NCBI GenBank assembly: GCA_012295275.1
Contig: CM022670.1
Span: 37,014,001-37,078,000 of the forward strand
Source of the DNA: Chrysomallon squamiferum
Taxonomy: Eukaryota > Animalia > Mollusca
Direction: 5' to 3'
Length of the DNA stretch: 64,000 bases
The position numbers and the translations under genes were made by a program. The notes beneath the pieces are model-generated. The model worked only from the letters and a program-made list of their open reading frames with translations, was not told the origin of the DNA and did not search any database. Shown piece after piece: positions 42,063 to 54,936 of the stretch (positions within the stretch are counted from its first letter, which is position 1; each line of letters opens with the position of its first letter).

Positions 42063-43918
42063 TAGTACTACTACTACTATTATTATTATTATTATTATTA
42101 TTTTTTTTTTTTCATCAAATAAACCAGTCTCAATCAAACTGCATAAACTTTAATATATTGTAGCTGTTGTAATGTATGCAATTACAATGAAAACTGCTTA
42201 ATTTACTGTAAAACCAAAGTTTAATGTGATTTTATTGTTTTTGCCTTCAGCTATGAACTTCAAAATGTTATCAGTTTATTTTGTTACGTGTGTGATCTGG
42301 CAAGCCTTATTATTGTACTTGTATTAATATGTTCGATATATTCGCAATTAAATGTATTTTGTTGCAAATATTCCGTTGTTATCAATTTTATATTTTACTT
42401 CCTTAATATTTGCAAATATTCGGAAATATTATGTATTTATTTATTTATTATATTCCGAGAGATCGCAGTTTATACTGTCATTTCACTGCCAGCAGCCTAT
42501 TAAGTGGCGTTTCCGTTCCACGTATCCGTATGTTTCATATTCATTTTATTTCACACAGGATGATTTTATGCCAGGATATTCCACCAACCCACCGTTCTTT
42601 TAAAAAAAATAATGTACATCGTCAGACCGGATTGGACGTCGGCCATTTTTTTCTTCTTGACTTCGGTAACTAACGTCAGCGATTTTGTTTTAGTTTTGTT
42701 TTTGTGCGGGCGCATTTTACATCATCCTCATTATGGATCGTATAATTACAACTGTTATCAACAGAACGTACTCGACACTGAATTAAACTGAAAACTAAAT
42801 TAGTTTTTTATTCAAATGGCCATCAAGGGTAATCGAATCTCGTTTTTATTTTCATCATCATTACAAATAAACGTGATTTTTACTTGGTTCCACTTGCTCA
42901 TATATTAAACTGACATAATAATTCGGTAATTTAAGTGCGTATAACGTCGTTAAATAAAACCTACGTAAAATAATTTTAATATTATACATGCATATTGTTA
43001 ATATAATGTGACAATGGTAAGTTCATTGATTGTTTTGAGGATTGAAATGGCTAATAATTTATGGAATTAAACCAACTGTATTTTCAACTTCCGATAAAAA
43101 AAAAATTCAGTAATAATCTTGACCGATTTAGGTCTACCAATGTCGGACAACCCTAACAAATTTGACAATCTGTGTAATAGTTTTAAGATGAAACATGAAC
43201 AACAAATACTGTTAATTACTTGATGTTTTATCTCCTAAATGCAATCCAACTTACAACAAAAATGTACAACAAACAAGTCAATTCATTAGTACTGTATATT
43301 TCAAATAATATTTGTATCAAAACTGTTTATAACAATCATATTGTTCAAAAGGCACTATAGTTGTCCATATGTCAGACATCAATTGCGTAAAAAGTTTTTT
43401 TTGTCAGTAACCACAACATTAATAATTTCATAGGTGTTTTTTTTTTACAAAATCTACCTCTTTTATATATATGTGCTCTTTGGCCCCAGGCCATTTTTAA
43501 ATAGTCATTTAAATAACAATGACATACTCAATCCTTTCAAATGAATTTCAGTGTCAGTACAACTAATGTCTGATTTCTTGTGATAAAGTGACATCCATAA
43601 AATACAATTAACAAAACAAAGAAACTCATCTGTTTACCCTTGTAATATTGCTGTATTATGTTTGCACAAGGAACTAACGGACTAGAAGGATGTACAACAT
43701 TTTTTGTATTATTTACAAAAGAATGCTGAATTCAAACATTTCTGGTTTTCATCTCGGATAATAAACGGATGTTCAACAAAAATTCTCTGTCCAATCTGTT
43801 ACATATTTGGAATGAAAAAAATAAATAAATAAAGCCAATCAATTCTGACATATCATGAAAGAAGCAATTTCATAATTCATACTTTACTGAGACAAACAAA
43901 ACATGTCATAAATCTGGC

Positions 43919-46902
43919 TTATTTGTCGGCTCTAATTTTTCTGTCGGTCATTTTAAGAGAAATCCATGTGTTTGTCTGTCTGGCTTTTAATCTGCTCCAG
44001 ATGAGGTGATTAGAAAGTGATAAAATCTGGGCAGCCTGAAGAGCTGCTGCTTCAGGGGAGATCACTGTGGAACAACCCAAACCTTAAAGCAAAAAAACAA
44101 ATAGAAATCAAAGATTATAAAATGTAATGAAATAAGAAGTGAAAAAAAGTGTTCTATTCTAAAATAGGTACTGCTGAATTGATGGGAAAAAATAAAAATA
44201 AAATAAAAGCAACATTTAAGATTTTTAGTGAAGACATCAACAAGAAATGAAGATAAGATAGACCTAGTCACTGTATGCTATGGGTGAATCATATAAAAGC
44301 AATTTTTCGAGAGATGAAACTCTTTAGTAAGTGAATGAATGTATGTGTGTAAAGACTCCATACCACAACATTAAAAGGCAATTAGATGTCAACACCTTTT
44401 AGAAGACATTATTAAGACATACCTGATGGTAACCTGAGTGAAGACCAAATGTCATGTGGTCCCCATTCTGCAGAAACTGGAGGACAGTTGATAACAGGCC
44501 AAGTAGCATTTCCAGACAACACTGGTCCCAAGCCATTACTCCTTCCTGCTACAGCAATAAACACTGTCGGGATACCCTCACCTAAAACAAAAACAAAATT
44601 AAAAATACTATTAAATATCATAGAATTTAAAACAGTACTTTCACAATTAAAATACACGTGCATAAACAATAATTAGAACACTTTCTGGTGTTAGTTCCAT
44701 TACACAAACCTTTAAATAAATATTTTTTAATCAAAATTATATTTCATCCTAATGAAATACAATAACGATGTGATGATGTAGAATTTAATAAGTAGAACAT
44801 GACATTACCACCAAAATGTATGTGTGGTTATAATATATTCAAAATTATAATTAATCCTGATGAAATTTACATATATCAGCAGACCAAGAACCAGGTTAAC
44901 AGGTTCTGAAACAATCACCAACCTTCATATTCTGCAAGAATGTTTAATGTTTCTTGTGTAGCCTTGTGTGTTGAAGAAACCCGAATTTCACAAGGAACAC
45001 CCAAACTTTTACATTCTTTCATTATCTTTTCAGCATGAGGTAAGTCACTTGCAGAACCCATGAATATTACAGCTCTTGAATTTGGCTTTGAATTTATGTT
45101 CTGTAAAAAAAAAAAATATATATATATATTATTTGTCATGACAAAAAAACAAAACAAAAAAAACCCAAGAAAACAATACTAATTAAAAAAAAGAAAGGAC
45201 AAAAATAAAAACTTGAATAAGATTATAATAATATTCAATACAAATTTTTTTAATATCTTTAAAAAAAAAAATAAATTAAAAATTCCTGACAAAAATATTT
45301 TGGAATAATAATCCATTCATATCTTCAGCTTTCAATGTTTAACACAAAACTTAATGTTCATAATTAAAATGCTAAAAGATAACAGCTACATTTACTCAAA
45401 GATGCTATTCACAAACTACAAGGACTGACCTGTACTTTGTCAGCTACCCACTGAAAGTTTCTTTTAACATTTTCCAAAGCTTCTGGTGTAACCTGCTTCA
45501 ATTCACGATACACTTGTTTGTCCTTCATCAGACGTCTGTCTCCAAGAGGCCACAATCTCCACGAGTCACTGTCAATAACATCAGCTACCACAATGTCACC
45601 TGAACAAAATTATAAATCTTTCTGTTATTCCAAACAATATACATTACGAAAACTAGTAGAACATAACTTATAAAATGATATTCTCATCAGTGTTATTTTA
45701 TAAGAATGACAGTATACAAAGATAATTCTGGTTATATTTTATTCCACATAATACTTAAGTCATTGATTTTCTAAGTGTTCTATTGTGAAATGTAGATCAT
45801 AGTTGTAACAGAAATCTGCACATTTTATACACCAATCCTCAAATGAATTCACAGCCTTCAGCCCAAGTGTATAAATTAAACAGAAAAGTAGTATTTGATA
45901 CCAAGGGTCAAATATTTCAGAAAAGAATTATTAGAGAAACAAGGTACAGAGTAACACAAGATGTGTCTGCTGAAGTAAAAGTTTATTTATTTATTATTTA
46001 TTTTTATTGTTGTGGTCTTGTATTTTTTTTAAATGTTGGCACATGTATTTTTTAAATTGATGGCACATAGTTCAGAGTAGCAATATAATATGTAAAGTGA
46101 TGAATCTGATTAAAATATGCACCTGTTTCTGGAATGATACCAAATTCTATTTTCATGTCAACCAGAGTGCAGATCAGTGTTGCCCAGCAGTGCTCCAAAA
46201 TTTCAAATACTGTCACAGCAAGTTTGCTCATGATACTGATTTCATCTGGCCCAATTAGCTGTCCTCCTACCTGCATCTTAGCTGAAATACACTGTTCCTG
46301 AGACCACTGGGGATCATTGTTAGCATCGTCCTGACAAGTGAATTACAACAATAACAACAAATAAAAACTTAAAAGGGGTGACATTACTATTCTGATGAAT
46401 ACCTCTTTTAAGCTGAAAAAAGCATCTGGCAAAATAATGTCGCAGAACATAATGTACTTGAAAATGATAAATAAAAATATCATTTAGATAATATTAAGCC
46501 CAAAAGAAATGAAAATTTATTTGCCTTAAATCTGTAAATATTCAATGAATGTCTTTCAAGACAATAAAATGAAATGATCAAAAGAAATGAGGTAGAATTT
46601 GTTTTCATTTTAATGAATATCATAGGAAATTCAAGATGTATGATGAACATATATGTATTAAAATATGAATAATTGATTTTTCTTTATTCATTAAAAATCA
46701 CTGATAAAGTTGAAATTTACTTTGAAAAATGTTTCCAGTTTTGGTGGACAAAACCTAAAACCCTCCGGCACTCCAGGATTTCTTCTCAAAAAAGATCCTG
46801 TGGCAATTCTGCGAGTAACCCATTCTATTGGAATCATATCACAACAGCTCCCAATAAATGAAGTATCAGAATACTCCTTTATAAAATGGGTCTTAATACC
46901 TG

Positions 46903-46934
<32 letters not shown>

Positions 46935-47802
46935 TTAAAAGTAATAATAATTCAAATAACAAACAAATCAAATATGCTAAAGGGAAACAGATGTAATCTA
47001 ATCTTTCTCAAAATGTCAAGTTTAATTGTAACATTACTTTACTACCAATGTTCAGCTATGTTAATAGGATCATGGAATATTTATTCCATAATTATTACTT
47101 TTTTTGGGGGTAGAGGGTGGATTGAGTTATTTGCACTCAGTGTGGAGAAATCAGAAAGTCATGAAAGATTCATAAAATAATGCTCCTCTGTCTAAAGTTG
47201 CTTTTAATATCATTAGTGCTTACTACTGCTGATTAAAATATTTGATACATAACATATATTTTTATAAGACATTTTATAAAAATGTTAAGAAAAAAACAAC
47301 CTTAAATAAGTATTAATTATTTTGTATTACCTGCTTCATTTAACAGTTTAAAGATTGCTACTGTTGTCTTGTTTGAAATGGCAGCTTTGCCTTTCAAGCT
47401 ATCTGCCCGTGTGCCATCTCCAGCAGTGATACAGTCCTTTGATTTGAGCAATACTTGACTGGAATTATTCACTATTTTGTACACTACCTTTGTCTTCCCT
47501 TCTATAATTTTGTCACCAATTTCCAGTTCTACAAGTTCAAATAAATAAATAAATAAATAAATAAATAACTATATTAAACCTTTAAAAATAAAAATAAATT
47601 AAAAGAAATGTGTACTAATGTTTCTTGGGCATGTAGTGTATCTTAATAAATTAATGTATTTCTGTCTTTCTTTTTTTCTTTTTCTACTACTTTTTATTTT
47701 ATAATTTTTCAATATAAATATTTTATAACTGGCACATAAACATTTCTAATCTGACAATATATATTGTTATTAGTTCTATTTAAAAGAAGCCATTCTTAAA
47801 TG

Positions 47803-47850
<48 letters not shown>

Positions 47851-48172
47851 GATATCGAATAAACAAAATTTAAAAAAAAAATGGAAATTTTACTTCTCAT
47901 GCTTTATAAACAAACAAATTTTCTTTTCTTTCTTCCTTCATATATATATATTATTTTTTATTTTAAACTTTTATTATAACTAGTATATAACGTATAAGCA
48001 CCATCTTTTTATTCAAGTGATAGAAGATAAGAAATTAGAATGCATGGGCCAGCTAAGCCTCGTCGGCTTCATAAAATTTTTAAAAATATTGAATTTAAGC
48101 TAAATGTCACTGTCAGCATTTCAAAAATTACAGTCAAGAAAACAAAACAGTTCACTTACTTTCTGGTTCCAT
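43919..48172 (-). CDS. PAICS: Bifunctional SAICAR synthetase / AIR carboxylase (PAICS/ADE2), about 422 aa
   Basis: Exons (minus) 48172-48160, 47528-47331, 46899-46721, 46330-46123, 45599-45430, 45100-44923, 44581-44423, 44082-43919; total 1269 nt. Motifs: [75 protein letters not shown]. Confidence 0.97.
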
Positions 48173-48643
48173 TTTTATTTCGAGTTGTTTGTGTTAGCCG
48201 TTTAAACTTATTCAATTTTCCCGGCAGTCTCTCAACGAATGCCAGAACAGCGAAAGTAAAAAGAAAGAGCAAAGAACGAGAATAGACTGCTTCCAAATGT
48301 ATGACGGTTGCTATAATATACCTGTTAAAATTAACGGAATCAAAGCACAAAGAAACAGTCCACAAACACTTTCGGCAATCTACGGAAGAAGTCGATCATT
48401 GACTAGATTTTATAATGCCTTTAATAGACACATCTAGTCAAAGTTACGATGATTAAAAACAACATCTACATAAACAAGAGAATCACACAAAACATTATTA
48501 TATTCGTAACTTTAAAAGGACAGTCTTTTATTATTATTATTATCACGTATCATTTTGTTTAGCCTACAGATAAAATAATTAACGAATAATTAAATATTTA
48601 ACAACACATTTCATTTTATTATTTTTGGCATAATTTTAACATT

Positions 48644-49250
48644 CGAGAGAGGAATCGTACTGGTGCCACTGTTGTTGGGGTGGAGGCAAAAAGAGCTTAT
48701 TTGATTTATATTTGAAATGGAAAGTGGGAATAAATTCTGGGACCTATCACTCATCGAGCAAACGCTGTACCACAGTTCTAACATTTTAATCAGAATTTTA
48801 AAGGATATCGTTATTATTATTCATTTTGGGTGGATGATGTAAGTGATGGAGTGATGATTTTTATTATTATTATTATTATTATTATATACCATTCACTGAT
48901 TCAGTTCACCGATTCAGAAAATGCAAAACATAACTATCTAAAGAATATATTAAATGACGTATGTTTAAACATATCCCGAAACATTCATTCTTTGAATAGT
49001 TACTAATTGTCAGTTTTGTTTATTGTTATCATTTTGTTCTTGTTGCTAAAAAATAAATAAATAAATAAATTAATAAATAATAATAATAATAAATAACTTC
49101 TTTCACGTGCGCCTTCACAGTCAGACATTCCATAACACAACCTTTGACAAACCAATTGTGTTACTAACTACAATGCGAAATGGCGTACAAAGTCCGTGGA
49201 TGAGAATTAATCCAGTGACCCAGTATGTCACAAAAAAGCATCCTAAACAC
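48644..49250 (-). mobile_element. SINE fragments between the PAICS promoter and the XPNPEP3 3' end
   Basis: GAGAGAGGAA...GCCAC, GAGCAAACGCTGTACCAC (reverse tRNA-head-like) and CATAACACAACCTTTG..AAACCA segments resemble the same SINE family as 33488-33635. Confidence 0.4.
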
Positions 49251-50171
49251 TCATCACATACCTGAAAAAACAACAAAAAAACAACAACATTGTTTCCCCA
49301 TATACAATTGAAATATTAACTCTCAATTAATATTGTTTTAGTATGCATATAATAAACTAGTTTCATGCAACAAACACACGTATATACGTTAACATAAACA
49401 AAGATATTTACTTTCTAGACGTTTTCTGAGGGACAGACATAACATTTCCCATGTTTCTTTTTATAAACATTTTTATTTTTAATAAACTGCTTTGTACGTT
49501 ACATCGATCCACCACAATTATGACGTTTCTATTTGTATGCTTATTTGTATTTGTTCTTAAAAATGCCTAATCTGCCTGTGGATGATTTGATTTTAGAGAA
49601 ATGTGCAATAAAAGATGGGATTTCTTGATCTTATTAACTGACAGTAAAGACAAATACCTTTTCATTTTTATAAATATATACTGTATTATTACAGAGCAAT
49701 AATGAAAGACAGTAAAACATGTATGTGCATATCTGTTTATACTGATAACTTTTATTTAAAGTAATAACTTGTCATAATCTAATTAAGACAGCTGTTAGTA
49801 TTTGCTTTATTTTGAATAACATAATGTGAAATAGGGTGGATATAAAATATTAAAAAAAAAAACACAACAGCACTGGGCTTCTTTATACATTAAACCCTCA
49901 GCATATACACAGAAAAATAAGTGTATAAAGTTTGTTCAACAAATTTTTACATTAAAAATTATAAAATGTTTTAATAAAACTGTTTTATTTTAGTACATCA
50001 GACTTCACAGCACTCTGCACAGCAGTAGTTTGCAGTTTATCAATCTGCTCTGTATAAATATAACAATATGAAAAAAAAGAAAAACAATTTGGACACATTT
50101 CACAAAACTGTTGTGGAAGTTTAACTGACTTGTTAGTATTATTAATTTTTTTTTTTTTTTTTTTTTTTCTT

Positions 50172-53100
50172 TTAAAAAGTTTTTCTTTGCATTATTCTTT
50201 CAATGTCAGACAGTGTTTTGGGACACTCTGCAGACAAGACAACAGGTTTAGATTCTGTAATGAGTATGTTATCTTCAATGCGAATTCCAATCCCGCGGAA
50301 TTCTTTGGGCACAGAAGCTCTAGTTTTGGTATGTAGATTCCTAGAACAAAAAACAACAACAAAAACAATAAATTTGTTTTTAATATTTTTGAAATTTGAC
50401 ATTAAATCTTGTTGTCAGACACTATCCTGTCAATCAAGACTATAAAGATAATTATTTTGGATAAATAAAAAAATAACCATTTTTTGGAATGTGCTTCATT
50501 AACAAATCAATAACTACAAATATATTTTCACAAACTTGACTTTCTTCTTTTTGTTCATAATTGCCAAGAAAATGTAAAATTTCACCAACTTCCATTAGTG
50601 TCAATGCTAATAAGTTAAATAAGCTAACATCAGTAAATTGAGTGGAATAAATGTATTAAACAAAAACACTGCCATTTTCATCTTGTAGTAATACTTTTTA
50701 AAATTAAGGTGAATTCAAATTCGTACCAGGTTCTATAGTGATAATCATTCCTGGTTGTAACTTAATACTGCGTGGAATCTCTGCTGTGTCATGCACATCC
50801 ATTCCAAGGTAATGACCGACATGATGTGGGCAGAATTCTCTGGTAATCTGATAAAATTATGCAGAACATCAAAACAGGCCTTTTTTCTTTAATAAATTTA
50901 TTTAAATTCCTCCATTAATGTACATGTTCTCACAAGCAAAAAAACCCCAAAAATATATATATATATATATATATATATTACTAATTTTAGCTACATTCTT
51001 ATTCATCTTATTTATTTTTTAAATATAAAAATGAATGACTATTAGCACTCCAAAATGTATTCATATATGTTTTATTTTTATTAGACCATCTCTTTCATAA
51101 AAATAATTTTGTTTCTTAAAAGATAATTGATTTATTTTAAAATTATAATAACAATAACCAAAAAAAATTTTTAAAAAAATGAGAAAAACTAAAATAGAGT
51201 TAACTTGCCTTTAACTTGTCTGTCTCATTTGTGCCTTCTGGTATAAACCCAAGATTCTTTAACTGAATTCCAATTAGCTCCAACATCTTTCTATAAATTT
51301 CATCCAAAGAATATTTGGTAGTGCAGAGTGCAATACATGACTCCTGAACAGAAAGGACTGCATCATACAGAGCCCTTTGTGTTGGATTAAATTTGCCTGA
51401 AATCAGATTAACAAAAATATTTTAAACATTTTAAAACTAATGTACATTTTCACCAAAAATATAAAATAATTTATCTGCAAATTGTATGTCCAAGGGAAGC
51501 AATCAAGTATGAATCATATCAATAAAAATATTTTACCAAGAGAGAAATACACAAATAATATTTAATTAGTGTTTTCCCTGTGCAGCAATAGGACAGCAGT
51601 CCAAGTTGCAATGTTTGGGGCCACCCGAGAGTCTGAAATTCAGAAAATGCCCATTCTCATTTGTCTAAATTTTCAAAAAAAGGTGCTGAAAATTAGTGCA
51701 ATATTTCCCCAAATCCATCCATAATTATTGCTGTTTGCAGGCATCAATTCGTCAAGCAAAAAACACTTTTTATTGCTAATAAACAAATACTAATCAGCAC
51801 TTTATACTGCTAATGAACAAATATGAATGACACTTTTTAGAGACATCAAATATTCAAATAGGTTTATTTAACAGACCTTGTCAATTCTACCCTTTTGAAA
51901 ATAGAAAATATATTTTAAAAAAATGCCCCTTTATCTACATACACACTGCCCCTTTTCCAGTATGGGGACACCATTATTAATTATTAAAAAAATATATATA
52001 TTTCCAATATGCAGAAAATGGAAATCTCACTTGTTTTAAAAACAAATGTGTGATTTTTAGACTTTAACCTGACACTGGCCATGTACGGGTGATATCACTG
52101 GTATAGCCAAAATATTCACATCCAGCATCCATCAGAACCAGCTCTCCTCCATGGATTATCTGATCATTACTGATGTAATGAATTGTGTTTGCTCTGTTAC
52201 CACCTTAAAAAAAAAAAAATAAAAAATGATTTGTTTTTATTTTATATTCAAAATTATAAAGATCAAAATAAAAAGGTTAGTATAGTTTGATACATAGATA
52301 ACTGCTTTGTATGCAGATATGGAATAACCAGGTTAGTTAAAAAAAACCTGAAACAAACAATGATTTGTTGTGTGTACTGTTAGGGGTACAAAAATAACCT
52401 TACTAGTACTTTGGGACAGTCTTGCTAGAGTTATCTACCTGCAACTACAGGTGGATAAGCCAAAAACTGTGCATCTCGCATTCGACATTCAAAATCCATC
52501 TTTGCATGAAGATATGACTCATTCACCTGAAAAGCAAAATAACAGTTATAAACATGTCAAACTAATTAAAAAGACAAAATATTTGAAAAATAGTAATAAA
52601 ATAAAAAATACAACAACAAACTATTTTTTCTCTTTATTATAGCTGCATATTGCTATCATACTGTCTTAGAAAAATAAAAGATACAAAAGACTTTAGAATA
52701 AATTATGATTGTTAATTTAATGATACATTATGACTTATCATCAATTTGTATAAATTGTATCACAAAAATTCTTTTGATGTTTACTTTATTTATATTTTAG
52801 CTACAAATTCAATTTTAAAATATGGTTATTATCCTGGTGAGAAATTCAGGAACACTACATTTTTCATTAATTCAGTTGTTATCCTAACCTACAGAAAAAC
52901 ACACACACTTTTTATTTTATTTTATTTTATTTTACTTACCCCTGGATATGAAAACTTCATCACTTCCACAAAAGCATTCGATGCTATCTGACATGTCTTT
53001 GTCATCAGTTCTATTTCTGCCTGGCTTTTAATAAGCCTCAACTTCTGACAGTGATACACAGTACTTTCCAAGTACTCATATCGTTTTTCTTTCAGAAAAT

Positions 53101-53704
53101 ATTTCATAACATCCCTGTGGAATGTTGGATGCACTGGTTTGATGTAGTCATACCACAAGGCAAAATTATCCATTCTTTTACAACAATCACTGAGAAACAT
53201 TTCAATTTCCTCAGTACTGTGAACTTCCTCTATTCCAGTAAGCCACCGAGCACCTTCCACCCCTGACCTTGGTCCATCCCACAACTCCTTCAGAGGGTCT
53301 TTCTTTGGTACAAAAAGGATTGAACAGATATCTTGTTTGTTATCTATTGAAGTGTGCATGACAAGCAGGCTGTCAGGTTCCTGGAAACCAGTGAGATAGA
53401 TAAAGTCTGAATTCTGTCTGAATTGATATGGAATGTCAGCAGTCATATACAGCTTGGTTGCTGAGGGAAAAATGAATATGTGACTTTTCACAGACTTAAC
53501 GTTTTTGTAATTTTCCATTGCCAAGTGACGCAATTTTGTCCTCCTCATCTTGTATTCTTCTTTGGAAATCCCTAATGTCACCTCACCTTCTTTTAGGAGG
53601 TGTGGATGTGTTGCAGCAGTTGGTTGTCCAAATTTTCGAAATGGACATATTTGGTAACATTTGCATTTGGATAATACAAATGAACTTAATTCCTTGAATA
53701 TCAT
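50172..53704 (-). CDS. XPNPEP3: Xaa-Pro aminopeptidase 3 (M24B, mitochondrial Icp55-like), about 488 aa if a 1-nt frameshift in the last exon is corrected
   Basis: Exons (minus) 53704-52940, 52526-52439, 52203-52069, 51396-51209 (GC donor), 50847-50727, 50340-50172. Motifs: [83 protein letters not shown]. Total 1466 nt, one short of a multiple of 3. Candidate upstream exon donor at 54015. Confidence 0.93.
51567..51974. mobile_element. Possible non-autonomous DNA transposon (MITE) in an XPNPEP3 intron
   Basis: Locally GC-richer block bounded by imperfect inverted ends TAGTGTTTTCCC ... GGGGACACCA, with internal TGCCC repeats. Confidence 0.3.
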
Positions 53705-53719
53705 ATCTAAAACAATAAT

Positions 53720-53755
<36 letters not shown>

Positions 53756-54936
53756 ATAATCTATCAATCATTGAAATACTGAACACAATTTTATTATTAT
53801 TATTATAATTTTTTTTTTTTTTTAAATAACTAAAGTTTAGGTGAATTATTTATTTAAAATTTTTTTTCTCCAATTTACTGATGAAATATTTTTATATAAA
53901 TTGTGATTATTTGGTTGGAGGTTATGATGCAATGCATTATTTCCTCAACAAAACAACAAAATGAAGCCCCGAAACAACCAGAATGTACTAAAATTAAGAA
54001 CTAGAAATCATTACCTGGATTTTAACTAAAACAAACACGCCGAGGTCAAGTCACCCAATACTTTTTTTAAAGTATGTACTTACTTAATTGTTACTTTCAG
54101 TTTTAGTAACTGTCAACAAAATTGAGATTAAAACCAGGAAACTTTTCAATTTGTTGCTTGATATTCGGTTTAAAACAATATGTTAGAAAGTAAATAAACC
54201 ATAACGTCATGGTTACTTCGTTGTTTTATAATAAACTGACCAGAAACAAATTTGACATAAGCTGTTAAGCAGGTACATTCGGTTTTATCTTGGTTGATGC
54301 GATTCTGAAGCAAATAAATGCATTAGAGTGGTCTCCCTTATGCAGGCAAATTCTGAACATAGGTAATTTCACGAAATTATCTAACTATGCTCTCCGACCT
54401 ACGTAGCGATTACTTACAAGAATAATTTAATATATAACGCAGAAATACAAGAAAGGGCGTGAAACTGTGATGTGCGACAGCTTGAGACAAACAACTACTG
54501 ACAGCTTTAGTCAACTTGTACGTATATGATATCTCTTTGCCAATATGATTTCTCTTCTAGTTCGAGTTCTTCGAGAACTTCTTGTCACCTGTGTGTCTGT
54601 AGCTGTGGGTGCAAGCTAAAACTCCTGACTATTTTTTTTTCTTTTTTTTTCAGTGTTTGTGAAATTTATTATTAAAAATGGCTGGGGTAAAACGTACCTT
54701 TGAAGGAAAAGGAAAATGCACGCCATCAAATAAGAGGTCTGTGATAGACTTGGAAACGAAGATGAAAAATTATACAAAAACATGAAGGAGGTCAATGTTT
54801 ATTTTCAGTAGCTGTTTAATTTCGTATTGCACTATCAACAGCTAACATTATTGTAAAGGATGCTGCAAGAAAAAAGGATAACGCAAATGAAGCAATACCA
54901 ACGAAAGCTTCAATCGTGACGAAAAAACGAACAGTA

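Noticed and set aside
48172-49900. Expected PPAT head-to-head with PAICS as in vertebrates
   Set aside because: No PPAT here, only SINE debris and the XPNPEP3 3' end; loss of this linkage in an invertebrate is not clearly remarkable.
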